DNA of 63,377 nt, filler included, from Intoshia linei (Eukaryota > Animalia > Orthonectida), in NCBI GenBank assembly GCA_001642005.1. It is 9 parts of 9 records of this genome, joined end to end, with 100 filler letters (N's around TTAATTAATTAA, not from the genome) between each part and the next. Parts side by side here need not be neighbours in the genome. Positions count along the whole stretch, not along the records: positions 62,211 to 63,377 come from LWCA01002783.1; 8 more parts are not named here. One strand, written 5' to 3'. This document shows positions 62,211-63,377 of this stretch, piece by piece. Within the stretch, counting starts at the first letter, position 1. Each line of letters opens with the position of its first letter. The position numbers and the translations under genes were made by a program. The notes under the pieces were generated by a model. The model was not told where the DNA came from, did not search any database, and saw only the letters and a program-made list of their open reading frames with translations.

Positions 62211-63377
62211 TGGGTCACAAAATAAAAATTTTTTAATTATAGCATCAATAATTTTATGTACCATTGAAATAGAAACTGATAAAATAAGATTGATATAATT
62301 TTTGGACTGTTTCCAGATCGAAATCGTTGTTAAAATTAGTAATTTAGAATAAATAAACAGTATAATTACACAATTTTGTTACGTAATTCTGTGTTATTTG
62401 ACATTGTCTTCATTTTAAAAAATTAACAAAATAAAATTTATGAAAAGAAATACATTTTCATAAAACACAAGTTACATTAAATTAGTACAATTAATTAATA
62501 AAAATTATAGCAGATAGTTTTAAAATTGATCATANAGTTACATTAAATTAGTACAATTAATTAATAAAAATTATAGCAGATAGTTTTAAAATTGATCATA
62601 GAGATTTTTTTTGTGTATTTTATAATACCTTAATTTTCAATAGATGAGATCGAAATTTGAAAATATATATATATAAAATTTAATTAAAGTAAAAATTTAA
62701 ACAATAAAAAAATAAAATAAAATTTTTTATAAATTTTTTGCATTCCATAAATAATCACCCAGCATATTTTTCATGTATTTGGAATTGTATCTTTTTTCAT
62801 AAATGAGGAGCTGCTGGTGGAACCTCTCACCATGCTCCGCAATTATCAAGAAACATATTTAAATGACATTGTAAATAATGCATTTTTTAGACTTCAAAGA
62901 CATCCCATCGCACAATACGCATCCATTAATTCAGTAACGAGGGAACGGTAATTAGTAGCCCGTTTATTACCTAAAAAATTGTTCACAACATTTTTGAACG
63001 AATTTCAAGCACGTAATTGAATTTCTGTCATAGAACTATCAAATTCTTCACATTTAAAAATTTTATTTATTTGTGGTCCGGTAAAAATTCCATTTAATAT
63101 TTTTGCATCGAATATATGAGGAAACAAATGTTTTATAACATGATTTACTGTAGGAGAATTTGGAGGATTTTTTTGAATTTTACAAATAAATTGTTTAGCA
63201 AGTCCAAGTTTAATATGAAGCGAAGGAGGGATGATGTTTTTTGATGGAATAAGAATAGGAAATTTGGCATTATATTTACCAATAACATTTTCATTTCTAG
63301 TGCCAAACTAGGGTTGAATAATGATGGATTCTACTCGTCGCATCAAAAAGACAAAATATACATGGATATTTTGTCCT
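62211..63377 (-). mobile_element. Degenerate Chapaev3-like (CMC) DNA transposon, 3' half
   Basis: Minus-strand translation PSLHIKLGLAKQF..LFP...AKI..GIFTGPQI..FKNVVNNFLGNKR..NY..LV..L...Y..MGC..SLKMHYL..HL..F and MLGDYLW, with stops. The transposase call is firm, while the superfamily name is recalled from the motif. Confidence 0.7.

Noticed and set aside
62470-62600. Exact ~65-bp tandem duplication
   Set aside because: The copies are separated by a single N, typical of an unmerged contig overlap.

Overview
This is not prokaryotic DNA and not one locus. It is a very AT-rich animal (bilaterian invertebrate) assembly in which nine contigs are joined by an artificial 100-nt linker (N44-TTAATTAATTAA-N44) at 7890, 24541, 46365, 48996, 56499, 58953, 60144 and 62111, so adjacency across the linkers carries no meaning. 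The nuclear contigs contain spliced genes with many 35-45 nt GT-AG introns plus some long TE-filled introns. These include KIF3A, GID4, Munc18/STXBP1, tomosyn/STXBP5, a Cys-rich GCC2_GCC3-type protein, a MAM-domain gene, two RRM-type genes, an hnRNP/Musashi-like start, a His-rich secreted protein, an orphan multi-pass membrane ORF and a tRNA-Phe. Mobile DNA is abundant: nested hAT/Buster elements with perfect 8-bp TSDs, ~70-bp hAT MITEs, Helitron-like ends, and Ty3/gypsy, Tc1 and Chapaev3-like remnants. Contig 49096-56498 is about half of a highly derived mitochondrial genome in the invertebrate code (table 5), ordered rrnL(-), AT-rich region, trnM, rrnS, trnL1, trnD, cox2, trnN, trnH, atp6, nad4L, trnS1, trnA, trnG, cox3, nad2, nad5. 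It has T-armless tRNAs, an eroded rRNA decoding centre and altered ATP6 proton-channel residues. The overall signature suggests a reduced parasite such as the orthonectid Intoshia (inference, not verified). The most promising novelties are the derived mitochondrial translation and ATP synthase features, the His-rich secreted protein, and an element bounded by two outward-facing Helitron-type 3' ends. All family assignments come from recognised motifs, not database searches.
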